NCBI GenBank assembly: GCA_905612305.1
Contig: CAJQRK010000019.1
Span: forward strand, 25,811 to 89,810
Reading direction: 5' to 3'
DNA from: an uncultured Flavobacteriales bacterium
Lineage (GTDB): Bacteria; Bacteroidota; Bacteroidia; Flavobacteriales; BACL11
DNA length: 64,000 nucleotides
Shown here: positions 16,504-25,735 of the stretch, piece after piece
Position numbering within the stretch: position 1 is the first letter of the stretch
Layout of the letters: each line of letters starts with the position of its first letter
The notes under the pieces: generated by a model
The model's database searches: none
Seen by the model: only the letters and a program-made list of their open reading frames with translations
Told to the model about the DNA's origin: nothing
Made by a program: the position numbers and the translations under genes

Positions 16504-17721
16504 TTACTGTTTTCTTTTTTCATAATCCCGTATCAATAGGTAATACATAAACACCCCAAAAGCATACAAAGCAGCTGTTATGTAAAAGATATAAGCATAA
16601 GGCAAGCCCTCTGCTATTAGGTGTCTGAATATTTGCGAACTGAAAAACCAACTACCACTCCAGATTGCCGCCATAATAGCACTCAGCATCTCTTGGTTTT
16701 TCTTTCCTACATAATTCATCGTAAGCTCAGAGGTCATAGGGGCGGCCATATTCATAAGTGGAGTTCTTATCCAAAAACACAAAACTGCAAGCGGCAAAGC
16801 CCACCAATAATCTGCAAAAATCTCAGTTGTAGCCAAGGCTACCAAAGCGATAACTGCAATAGTTTGGGTGTAAGTAATTCCTTTTTTAAATCCTAACTTG
16901 TTTTTTATATTAGGCACCAACAAAGCCAAAACAGCAACAAATACACTAGAAATACCGCCAATAACAGCAAACCCTGATGAATCAACTTTAAAATTATGAT
17001 AAAAGAATAAATTGATAAACGGAATAGTTAAACCCGCCCCAACAGCAATAATAAAAGTGGGGATAATTGCTTTTATCAATAAAGCCCAATCATAGGATTT
17101 CCACTGCAAGCCTTTTTTGACGGGCACTACCACATCAACCTTTAATTTTAACAAATAGTAAACCCCTATAAAACCCAGAACAGAAATAAACAGCAATATC
17201 TTTCCTTCATCTATCCCTTTTATAAACTGTCCGGAACCAAAGATAATTATCCCGCTTAATATAGTGCCAAAACTATGTGTTGCATAGCTTAGTGAAATAG
17301 CATGTGATTGATTTTCAGCAACGGTATTGCGCATAATATACGGCAATGCACTTACCTGAAACAAAGTAAAAACTACCCCCCATAAAATAAATAACAATGG
17401 CAACAAAGAATGATGCTGATATTCGATAGCCAATATAAGTGAGATAGCAACCAAAGGAACCCCTAAACTACCAATCATAAAAAAAGGTTTAAGGGGTTTT
17501 CCTTTTATATAAAACCCCAAGGGAAACGCCAATAACATTACTGCCAAAAAACGATAGGAAATAAAATTGGCTATTTCCGGATCAGAAAAGTCTTGCTTTG
17601 ATAAATGTATATTTAAAATTAAGAAAAAAGCAGCCCCAATCAGTTGTATGAAAAACTCTGCCTTTATCATTAAAAGAAGATGTTCTTCTAATTGCAGATA
17701 CTGCTTAATAATTTTCTTCAA
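16504..17721 (-). CDS. MFS transporter
   Basis: 405 aa with about 12 TM helices in an MFS-like two-halves layout. Confidence 0.75.
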   Translation of the reverse strand: MKKIIKQYLQLEEHLLLMIKAEFFIQLIGAAFFLILNIHLSKQDFSDPEIANFISYRFLAVMLLAFPLGFYIKGKPLKPFFMIGSLGVPLVAISLILAIEYQHHSLLPLLFILWGVVFTLFQVSALPYIMRNTVAENQSHAISLSYATHSFGTILSGIIIFGSGQFIKGIDEGKILLFISVLGFIGVYYLLKLKVDVVVPVKKGLQWKSYDWALLIKAIIPTFIIAVGAGLTIPFINLFFYHNFKVDSSGFAVIGGISSVFVAVLALLVPNIKNKLGFKKGITYTQTIAVIALVALATTEIFADYWWALPLAVLCFWIRTPLMNMAAPMTSELTMNYVGKKNQEMLSAIMAAIWSGSWFFSSQIFRHLIAEGLPYAYIFYITAALYAFGVFMYYLLIRDYEKRKQ

Positions 17722-17738
17722 AATAAAAAATGTGTCTT

Positions 17739-18047
17739 TTAAAATTCCTCTATCACTTCCATGATAGTGCGAAAAGCAACTGCTTTATCGCCATAACGCG
17801 CTAGATGTTTTTGTTGCAATTCAGCAGCAAAATTAACTTGATATTGATGCAAATCCTTCATGCTTGGGCAGGTGTAAGTAATAGCAAAAGTATTATTGCT
17901 ATCCCCCTGAACAATCACTCTATTTATTTGTGCTTTAGTAAATACTGCTGCAGCCATCACTTCAGGAATATGTTCAGTTTTCATCCAATTTAACCAATCG
18001 GTTTTTATACTTTCTTCAACGCTTACGGTTACATTATATATTATCAT
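17739..18047 (-). CDS. DUF4286 family protein
   Basis: 102 aa. MIIYNVTVSVEESIKTDWLNWMKTEHIPEVM is the typical DUF4286 opening as I recall it. Confidence 0.65.
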   Translation of the reverse strand: MIIYNVTVSVEESIKTDWLNWMKTEHIPEVMAAAVFTKAQINRVIVQGDSNNTFAITYTCPSMKDLHQYQVNFAAELQQKHLARYGDKAVAFRTIMEVIEEF

Positions 18048-18052
18048 TCTTC

Positions 18053-19849
18053 CTAGTTTAAATTATCACCTCTTAATATTCTAAAACGCTTTCTTGCTTC
18101 TGCAGTAAATATACTGCTATTATGTTCTAGCAATATCTTTTCGTACAATTCCATAGCCTTCACTTTGTGAGCTAAAGTATTGTCATAAATTTTTGCCAAT
18201 CGATAAAGTGCATCATCCGCCAGAATATCATAACCCCAATCACGTGTAATTTTTTGATACATCTGTATAGCCAAATCCGTATTGTTAAGCTGTATGTAAA
18301 TTTCAGCTTTACGCATGTATATTTCATCCGATAAAGTATGCCCAGGGAAAACCGTAAGTACCGAATCATATTTTACAATAGCCTCTTCATATTTTTGCTG
18401 ATAATTAAGCAAATCAGCACTAGCAAAAGTACGCATTGCAATAAATGAGGTGTCCAAGTTTAAATTATCAATTATCAATAAGGATAAATGCATGGCATCA
18501 TTTGCAATTAACTTTGAGGTAGATGCTTTCAGGGTCCCTAGTTGTGCTTGTGCCCAATCAAAGTCCCCTTGATAATAAGCGATTTTAGCTCTTCTTAATT
18601 TTGCCTGATGCCCAATAGGATTTTCCTTAAAATCCTTTTCTACTTGCGAATAGTACAATAAGGATTCCCAAATATTACCAACTAGCAACATGACATCAGC
18701 ATATTCCAGTTTGCATTCTGCCAAATCAGTATTTGAAATTTGCGGTAGAGCCATAGCTTCATTTAGTATTTGCTTAGCAGAAGATAAATCATGCAAATAA
18801 AATGCCTTAAAGTGCGCATAATTAGAAAGCAATAACACTGTATTTCTATTTTTTCCTAAATCTGAAATCACATCAACATAAGTAGCATTAAGTACATCTA
18901 GCTCTTTTTGTTGTTCGCTCAAGCTTTTAGTCAGTGCATATAGCTTATTGATATTTGCATCTACAAAAAGATGGTTTCTCTTTCCTTTTCCCAACACATA
19001 GTCATAAGCCTGCACTGCTAACTGATACTCTTTTTTATCCAAGAAAGATTCTGCTAAATCATACACCTCCTCTCCATCAGCGCTCGTTCGTTTGTCCAAA
19101 GCTTTTGCTTGAATAAGTGCCATTTTGTATTGTGCATTCTGCATAAATAGCCAGATGAGCATTTCCGAAAAATCAGTACGACCCTGTTCTTGCCTTACAA
19201 ATGGCAATAATTGTTTTTTTACTAATTGATAATTTGCTTCACTTTTAATGCCATCATTATTCAAAAATAACTGCACTTTAGCCATAACCATTTTCTTTTG
19301 CCTTGGGTTACGCTTCAGTTCACTCAAGTATTCCGAAATCATCAAATCAACCTTATTTAAATGAGCATACAATTGTGCCTTTTGAGTGCCAAAACTAGCT
19401 TTTGGATTTATCTTTTCAGATTGAAGATATACCTTTAAAGCTGCATTATACAAATCATAACGCATAAAAGTATTCGCCACATTAATAGTTTGCGATTGCT
19501 GTCCAGTTAATTGTTTCAGCACTTTACCATAAGTGTAATTAGCCTTTTTCTGATTACCACTTTTTTCCTGAGCTATTGCTACTTCAAGTTGATAATTCAA
19601 ACTTTTAGGATATATCTTGGCTAGCTTTCTGGCTAATTTTTCTGCTGATTTGTAGTCCTCAGTTTTTAGCAAGGATGCGAAATAAGGAATATAATAAGCA
19701 ACAGAAAATCTCTTAGCTGAAAGTTCCTCATAAATAGTAATTGCCTTAGTATATTCCCCATTAATATAATACTGATAAGCCAATTGTTGTTCGCTTTTCT
19801 GAGCAAAAGCAAAAGAAGAAATCAGCATAAATACTAATAGTAAACGCAT
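18053..19849 (-). CDS. Tetratricopeptide-repeat protein with signal peptide
   Basis: 598 aa. It has the signal peptide MRLLLVFMLISSFAFA and many A/Y/L-periodic TPR-like repeats. Confidence 0.75.
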   Translation of the reverse strand: MRLLLVFMLISSFAFAQKSEQQLAYQYYINGEYTKAITIYEELSAKRFSVAYYIPYFASLLKTEDYKSAEKLARKLAKIYPKSLNYQLEVAIAQEKSGNQKKANYTYGKVLKQLTGQQSQTINVANTFMRYDLYNAALKVYLQSEKINPKASFGTQKAQLYAHLNKVDLMISEYLSELKRNPRQKKMVMAKVQLFLNNDGIKSEANYQLVKKQLLPFVRQEQGRTDFSEMLIWLFMQNAQYKMALIQAKALDKRTSADGEEVYDLAESFLDKKEYQLAVQAYDYVLGKGKRNHLFVDANINKLYALTKSLSEQQKELDVLNATYVDVISDLGKNRNTVLLLSNYAHFKAFYLHDLSSAKQILNEAMALPQISNTDLAECKLEYADVMLLVGNIWESLLYYSQVEKDFKENPIGHQAKLRRAKIAYYQGDFDWAQAQLGTLKASTSKLIANDAMHLSLLIIDNLNLDTSFIAMRTFASADLLNYQQKYEEAIVKYDSVLTVFPGHTLSDEIYMRKAEIYIQLNNTDLAIQMYQKITRDWGYDILADDALYRLAKIYDNTLAHKVKAMELYEKILLEHNSSIFTAEARKRFRILRGDNLN

Positions 19850-21115
19850 CTATTTTATTATATCAAAACCAGTGTAAGATTGTAAGGCTTTAGGTATTCT
19901 TATTCCTTCAGCTGTTTGGTTGTTTTCAATAAGTGCCGCATAGATTCTTGGCAAAGCCAAAGCGCTTCCGTTTAAGGTATGACACAATTGAATCTTTCCA
20001 TTTTCATCCTTATACCTTAATTTTAATCGGTTAGCTTGGTAGCTTTCAAAATTAGAAACTGAACTTACCTCTAACCACCTTTGTTGTCCTGCAGAATAAA
20101 CTTCAAAATCAAAAGTAAGTGCTGAAGCGAAACTTAAATCACCACCACACAATTGCAAAATTTTGTACGGTAATTCTAATGCATCTAAAATACTAGCAAC
20201 ATGATTTACCATGATATCTAAAGTTTCATACGATTTTTCAGGATGTTGAATTTGTACAATCTCTACTTTATCAAATTGATGCAATCTATTCAAGCCCCTT
20301 ACCTCCTTACCGTACGAACCCGCCTCACGCCTAAAACAAGGAGTATAAGCGGTGCACTTAATAGGAAATTCTTTTACAATTACATCACGAAAAAAATTAG
20401 TTACCGGCACCTCAGCAGTTGGGATTAGATACAAATTATCCTCAGCTGAATGATACATTTGCCCTTCTTTATCAGGTAATTGTCCGGTACCAAACATTGA
20501 CGCTTCATTCACCAAATGAGGAGGCAAATATTCAGTATAACCCGCATTAATATTTTTATCCAAAAAATAATTAATTAATGCTCTTTGCAGCGTAGCTCCT
20601 CTATTGGTATATACCGGAAATCCTGCTCCAGTAATTTTATTTCCTAGTTCAAAATCAATTAAGCTATAATCAGTAGTTAACTGCCAGTGAGGCTTAGCTC
20701 CTTTCATTAAAGTTGGGATCGGACCTACTTCTTTTATTGTAATATTATTTTCATCTGACTTTCCTTGAGGTACGCTTGGGTGTGGCAGATTAGGGATTTG
20801 AACTAATATATCTTGTATTTCCTTTTCAAGTTCAGCCTGTTTAGCTTGCAATGCTTTCGAACTTTCCTTAATCGTTGACGATTCATTCTTTAATGCATTC
20901 GCTTCTGCTGCTTGTCCTATTTTATACAATTCACCAATTTGCTTTGCTAGCTGATTTCCTTTAGTCAACAACTCATCTGCTTTTTGCTGAGTAGCTTTAC
21001 GCTCATCATCCTTTGCAATTACAGAGCTAAATAGTTTTGCAGCATCTATATTTTTTATTTTTAGTAAAGCCAAATAGCTTTCCTGATTTTCTCTGATTTT
21101 GTTAATGTGTAACAT
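19850..21115 (-). CDS. serS: Serine--tRNA ligase
   Basis: N-terminal coiled-coil arm plus class II motifs (FRREAGS, GSALALPR). 421 aa. Confidence 0.95.
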   Translation of the reverse strand: MLHINKIRENQESYLALLKIKNIDAAKLFSSVIAKDDERKATQQKADELLTKGNQLAKQIGELYKIGQAAEANALKNESSTIKESSKALQAKQAELEKEIQDILVQIPNLPHPSVPQGKSDENNITIKEVGPIPTLMKGAKPHWQLTTDYSLIDFELGNKITGAGFPVYTNRGATLQRALINYFLDKNINAGYTEYLPPHLVNEASMFGTGQLPDKEGQMYHSAEDNLYLIPTAEVPVTNFFRDVIVKEFPIKCTAYTPCFRREAGSYGKEVRGLNRLHQFDKVEIVQIQHPEKSYETLDIMVNHVASILDALELPYKILQLCGGDLSFASALTFDFEVYSAGQQRWLEVSSVSNFESYQANRLKLRYKDENGKIQLCHTLNGSALALPRIYAALIENNQTAEGIRIPKALQSYTGFDIIK

Positions 21116-21158
21116 CTTACCTTTTGGGTTTATCTAATTTTGAAACAAATGTAAATAA

Positions 21159-21186
21159 AAAAACTCTTGACTAGTCAAGAGTTTTT
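21159..21186 (-). terminator. Intrinsic terminator downstream of rplU-rpmA
   Basis: Near-perfect palindrome AAAAACTCTTGAC-TA-GTCAAGAGTTTTT, followed by a T-run on the minus strand. Confidence 0.75.
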
Positions 21187-21210
21187 CCTAAATATAATAT
21201 AGTAAAATCC

Positions 21211-21468
21211 TTAACTTACAGCTTCAACTGAAATATAGGATCTGTTATTTCTTTTCTTAGTAAATTTCACTTCACCATCTGTTAATGCAAATAAAGTATG
21301 ATCTTTTCCTATACCTACATTTTCACCTGGATGGTGCACGGTTCCTCTTTGACGAACGATAATGTTACCAGCAATAATAGTTTGACCCCCAAATATTTTT
21401 ACTCCTAATCGTTTACTTTGGGAATCTCTACCATTTTTCGAACTACCTGCTCCTTTCTTATGTGCCAT
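21211..21468 (-). CDS. rpmA: 50S ribosomal protein L27
   Basis: [24 protein letters not shown]... is the canonical bL27 N-terminus. Confidence 0.97.
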   Translation of the reverse strand: MAHKKGAGSSKNGRDSQSKRLGVKIFGGQTIIAGNIIVRQRGTVHHPGENVGIGKDHTLFALTDGEVKFTKKRNNRSYISVEAVS

Positions 21469-21493
21469 TATCTTAAGTTTTAATTTTTACTTA

Positions 21494-21976
21494 TTATTCA
21501 GCTTTTTTAGCTGCAGTCTTTTTGGCTGGCGCTTTTTTAGCAGCTGGCTTTTTTACAGCAGTTGTTTTGGCTACAGTCTTTTTAGCTGGCGCTTTTTTAG
21601 TAGCCGGCTTTTTAGCAGCAGGTTTAGCAACCGCTTCTACGGCTAGCTTTTTAGCAGCTGGAGCTTTAGCATCAATGTTTTGGATCTCTAATTTAGTTAA
21701 ATACTGTCTGTGACCGTTTTTAACTTTGTATCCTTTTCTTCTTTTCTTTTTGAATACGATTACTTTATCACCCTTCAAGTGCTCAAGTACTTTTGCAGTT
21801 ACTTTAGCTCCTGTTATAACTGGGGCGCCAACATTTATTTTACCAGCATCATTCATCAAAAGAACTTTATCAAAATCAACTTTTGACCCTTCTTTTGCGT
21901 CTAATCTGTGTACAAATATCTGCTGATCTTTTTCAATTTTAAATTGTTGCCCTGCTATCTCAACTATTGCGTACAT
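21494..21976 (-). CDS. rplU: 50S ribosomal protein L21 with a Lys/Ala/Pro-rich C-terminal extension
   Basis: MYAIVEIAGQQFKIEKDQ... is the canonical bL21 core (about 100 aa), followed by a roughly 58-aa AKKPAAKK-type tail. Confidence 0.95.
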   Translation of the reverse strand: MYAIVEIAGQQFKIEKDQQIFVHRLDAKEGSKVDFDKVLLMNDAGKINVGAPVITGAKVTAKVLEHLKGDKVIVFKKKRRKGYKVKNGHRQYLTKLEIQNIDAKAPAAKKLAVEAVAKPAAKKPATKKAPAKKTVAKTTAVKKPAAKKAPAKKTAAKKAE

Positions 21977-22131
21977 TATTATTGTTTTTAAAAATGGTTT
22001 GCAAAACTACACAATCTAGCAAAATAGAGCAAAAAATACTCTACTTTATTTTAAGTGATTAAAATTACCGATATTTAAATAGAACTAACTGAACTTCTAA
22101 TCGTATCTTTACAACATAAAAATAAACAAAA

Positions 22132-23256
22132 ATGAAAAGTATATTTACCCTACTTTTAGTTAGTCTCTGCCTATTAAGTAATGCGCAAAATAGATGCGGA
22201 ACTGAAGCACATACTTTAGAATTAATAGAAAAATATCCTGCTTACACAATTGCAAGAAGTAAAGTAAATGCTCAAACCAATAAATGGATAGAAAACTATC
22301 CAAGCCACAGTGAAAAAATAATCATTACTATACCAGTAGTTGTTCATGTTGTATGGAATACTAATAGTGAAAATATTTCTGATGCACAGATATTCTCACA
22401 AATTGAAGTATTAAATAACGATTTCAGAAGAACAAATATTGACATCATAAATACGCCAACTGTATGGCAAGGTACTGCAGCGGATTGTGAGATTGAATTT
22501 TGCTTGGCACAAACTGACCAAAATGGAATTGCAACTACAGGAATTAACAGAGTGCAAACTACACAAACTTCTTTTGGAATGAGTGGAGATCCTGTTATGT
22601 CTGTTGCGTCTGGAGGAGCAGATCCTTGGAGTCAGGATGATTATTTAAATATCTGGGTGTGTGATTTGGGAAGCAGCCTTTTAGGATATGCTAGTCCACC
22701 ATCGAATTGGACAAATCCTGCAGACGGGGTTGTTATTGGATACAAATATTTTGGGAATACTGGTACTGCTCAACCTCCATACCATAAAGGAAGAACGGCA
22801 ACACATGAGATTGGGCACTGGCTCAATTTAGAACATCTTTGGGGGGCCTGGGGGAGCTGTGGAAACGATCAAGTTTCTGACACCCCTAAACAAGAAATTG
22901 AAAATTACTCCTGCCCCTCCTTCCCATTACATCCAGACGCTTGTAGTACTACTAATGCAAATGGAGATATGTTTATGAATTATATGGACTATACTAATGA
23001 TGCTTGCATGAATTTATTTACTACAGGGCAAAAAACAAGAATGATTTCAGCTATCAATCAATATCGTTCTAATTTATTAGATCATACTTTGTGTGAAGGT
23101 GTTGTTTCTGCAATAACCGAAAGTATAAACCAAAGAAAAGAATTAGTTAAAATTATTGACGTATTAGGAAAAACAACATCTGAAAGAACTGCAAACACAC
23201 CACTCTTCTACATCTATAATAACGGAACAGTAGAAAAGCAAATTATTATTGAATAA
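22132..23256 (+). CDS. Secreted M43 (pappalysin/cytophagalysin-type) zinc metalloprotease with a T9SS C-terminal sorting domain
   Basis: Signal peptide, an HEIGHWLNLEH zinc site, and a C-terminal roughly 70-aa beta-rich domain ending ...LFYIYNNGTVEKQIIIE, typical of T9SS type-A CTDs. Confidence 0.8.
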   Translation: MKSIFTLLLVSLCLLSNAQNRCGTEAHTLELIEKYPAYTIARSKVNAQTNKWIENYPSHSEKIIITIPVVVHVVWNTNSENISDAQIFSQIEVLNNDFRRTNIDIINTPTVWQGTAADCEIEFCLAQTDQNGIATTGINRVQTTQTSFGMSGDPVMSVASGGADPWSQDDYLNIWVCDLGSSLLGYASPPSNWTNPADGVVIGYKYFGNTGTAQPPYHKGRTATHEIGHWLNLEHLWGAWGSCGNDQVSDTPKQEIENYSCPSFPLHPDACSTTNANGDMFMNYMDYTNDACMNLFTTGQKTRMISAINQYRSNLLDHTLCEGVVSAITESINQRKELVKIIDVLGKTTSERTANTPLFYIYNNGTVEKQIIIE

Positions 23257-23285
23257 CTTTCACTCTATATAAAAGGAAAGCCCAG

Positions 23286-24206
23286 CTACTTATTTGGGCT
23301 TTTTTTATTTACTAAATATACGCCACTCAAGATTATTACAACTGATAACAAATGAATTAAAGCTACTTTTTCTCCATCAACTATTCCCCAAAAGATAGCA
23401 ACAATAGGAATTAAATAAGTAACTGAAGATGCAAAAATTGCTGTTGATTGGCTTATCAATTTATTGAATATCACAACAGCAGCAGAGGTGCAAGCTACAG
23501 CCAATAGTGCAATATAACCCAAAGCAATTATCCCCTGATTAGTGGTAGTTGCAATTTCCAGAAAATTTGTATTAAAAATATAAATAGTAGACAAAGGGCC
23601 AATTAGCAAAAAAGCTAAAGCCGTAATAGAAAGTGCATCCAAATCATGCAAATACTTTTTTATCACATTTATACTAATAGCATACATCACGGTAGCCAAA
23701 ATCACTAAAAAAACATAATTATTTATTTCTATCCCCCCGCCCATTGTTGAATAGACTAAAACAACCGCCCCAAATAAACCAATAATAATACCTGCTATAT
23801 TTCTTTTTGTTGGCTTAGTTTTGAAAAAATAAACCCCCAACAATAAAGTAAACAAGGGAACTAAGGAATTTAAAATCCCTATTACGGAACTATCTAATTC
23901 TGTCTGTGCTTTTGTAAATAAAAATGCAGGCATACCATTCCCAAAAAGCGCCATAGCTACTATTGCTAAAAGATGTTTTCTTTGCACCGCTTTTATTGCA
24001 TTCAACATAAAAGGGGTTAAGGAAAGGAATGCAATAAATAAGCGTAAAGCAGCCACTTGCATATAATCATAAGCTACCAAGCCTCTTTTCATCAAAATAA
24101 AAGAACTCCCCCATACTACTGAAAGAAGAATTAAAATAATGTAATTTTTAAATGACTTTTCCATAATTAATAATTGGCGACAAAAATAAGAACATATCTT
24201 TGCCAT
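23286..24206 (-). CDS. DMT (EamA-type) transporter
   Basis: 10 TM helices with a duplicated EamA layout. The start is likely MEKSFKNY at 24164, which avoids the head-to-head overlap with ctaA. Confidence 0.8.
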   Translation of the reverse strand: MAKICSYFCRQLLIMEKSFKNYIILILLSVVWGSSFILMKRGLVAYDYMQVAALRLFIAFLSLTPFMLNAIKAVQRKHLLAIVAMALFGNGMPAFLFTKAQTELDSSVIGILNSLVPLFTLLLGVYFFKTKPTKRNIAGIIIGLFGAVVLVYSTMGGGIEINNYVFLVILATVMYAISINVIKKYLHDLDALSITALAFLLIGPLSTIYIFNTNFLEIATTTNQGIIALGYIALLAVACTSAAVVIFNKLISQSTAIFASSVTYLIPIVAIFWGIVDGEKVALIHLLSVVIILSGVYLVNKKSPNK

Positions 24207-25218
24207 GATGAAAACAGCACAAAAAAGAATTATTAGGAATTGGCTTTATTCTGGGCTACTCCTTGTTGCTCTAATGGTAATTATTGGCGGTATTACTCGC
24301 CTCACTCATTCTGGCCTTTCCATGGTAGAGTGGAGACTAATAGGAGGAGCGATTCCTCCACTGAATAATGTGCAATGGCAAGAAATTTTTGAGAAATATC
24401 AACAATTTCCTGAATACCAAAAAATAAATACCAGCATGCAAATTGCTGAATTTAAAGTGATATTTTTCTGGGAATATCTCCATCGCTTATTAGGCCGATT
24501 AATAGGCCTAGTTTTCATTATTCCTTTTGTAATTTTTTGGATAAAGAAATGGCTCAATCCTAAACAAAAGAAACAATTACTTATCTTACTTGGGCTTGGA
24601 GCCTTACAAGGGTTTTTGGGATGGTTTATGGTGAAAAGTGGCTTGAAGGACATTCCTGCAGTTAGCCATTTTCGCTTAGCCATACATTTAGTAACTGCTT
24701 TTGGACTAATGTGTTATATTTATTGGCTTATCCTTAGTTTTACTGAGGCAGAAAAAAGGACAAATAAAATCATTAATAAACTCAGTCAATATTTAATAAT
24801 CGCCTTGCTTGTTCAAATTATTTACGGTGCCTTTGTTGCTGGCTTAAAAGCAGGATATTTATTGCCAGCAAATGCAGAGTTTTTTGAAAGTGTATTTGGA
24901 TACAGCTTAAGAAACAGTAATGATTTTAACTTACTCAATAATAGCTTTGATATTCAAGCCTTCCACCGATTATTTGCTTGGGTAGTATTTGCCATCACAC
25001 TTATCATCTTTAATAAAACAAGAAAAACTGCACTAGCAAAAACAGGTGCTTTGGTTCTTGGGCTAACTACGCTTCAGGTTATACTTGGCATTTCTACTTT
25101 ACTATTAAGGGTGCAAATTCACACGGCAACTACGCATCAATTTATTGCAATTATACTATTGCTTTCGGTAGTGAGAATTACTTATCTTTCCAGTGAAAAG
25201 TCTCGATTAGGTGCTTAA
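24205..25218 (+). CDS. ctaA: Heme A synthase (COX15/CtaA family)
   Basis: 337 aa with 8 TM helices. GGITRLTHSGLSMVEW and conserved His residues in the helices (EYLHR, FHRLF). Confidence 0.85.
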   Translation: MMKTAQKRIIRNWLYSGLLLVALMVIIGGITRLTHSGLSMVEWRLIGGAIPPLNNVQWQEIFEKYQQFPEYQKINTSMQIAEFKVIFFWEYLHRLLGRLIGLVFIIPFVIFWIKKWLNPKQKKQLLILLGLGALQGFLGWFMVKSGLKDIPAVSHFRLAIHLVTAFGLMCYIYWLILSFTEAEKRTNKIINKLSQYLIIALLVQIIYGAFVAGLKAGYLLPANAEFFESVFGYSLRNSNDFNLLNNSFDIQAFHRLFAWVVFAITLIIFNKTRKTALAKTGALVLGLTTLQVILGISTLLLRVQIHTATTHQFIAIILLLSVVRITYLSSEKSRLGA

Positions 25219-25735
25219 TATCGTATTTTAAAAAAAGGTTGATTGGCAGAATGGAATCACTTACTTCCGTATTAAAATAAAGAGCTCCTCTGAAAAAATG
25301 ATTAACACTATCCGTTAAATAAAATTGAGCTGCCGTAGCAGTTATCCCCTCATAATCAAACAACACACCATACACATTCAAGGAATCATTAATATACAAT
25401 TGCTCCATGATTCCATCCGCTATAACATTATGCTTATATGCTAGTTTTCTTGATTGCTCGGTATGGCTCGTTAAATTATCGTCCAAAGGGAAATACGATA
25501 TATACACGACTCCATTTTGCATAGGAAAAGTCAAATCCATGGAACAGTTATTTTCTTTTTTAAGCAGCTTACTATAAGCGGGAAATTCAAAAACAAAAGG
25601 ACAATCTACATTTAATTTTTCATATACTTTTTTTGGAAAATTTAATTTAATAAAGGCCATAGGTTTTGGCGTGTAATCTGCATTGCAACCCATTAGCAAA
25701 ACCGCAATAAAAAATAAAAATTTAGTTTTCATCAA
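25178..25735 (-). CDS. gldD: Gliding motility lipoprotein GldD
   Basis: Lipobox LLMGC, 185 aa, located immediately downstream of and overlapping gldE. The mutY-ssb-gldE-gldD order matches the Flavobacterium arrangement. Confidence 0.8.
   Translation of the reverse strand: MMKTKFLFFIAVLLMGCNADYTPKPMAFIKLNFPKKVYEKLNVDCPFVFEFPAYSKLLKKENNCSMDLTFPMQNGVVYISYFPLDDNLTSHTEQSRKLAYKHNVIADGIMEQLYINDSLNVYGVLFDYEGITATAAQFYLTDSVNHFFRGALYFNTEVSDSILPINLFLKYDIKHLIETFHWKDK

Noticed and set aside
21522-21713. 63-aa plus-strand ORF (MAGAFLAAGFFTAVV...) listed in the ORF track.
   Set aside because: It is the antisense reading of the Lys/Ala repeat tail of rplU. It is a low-complexity mirror artefact lying entirely inside a high-confidence ribosomal gene.
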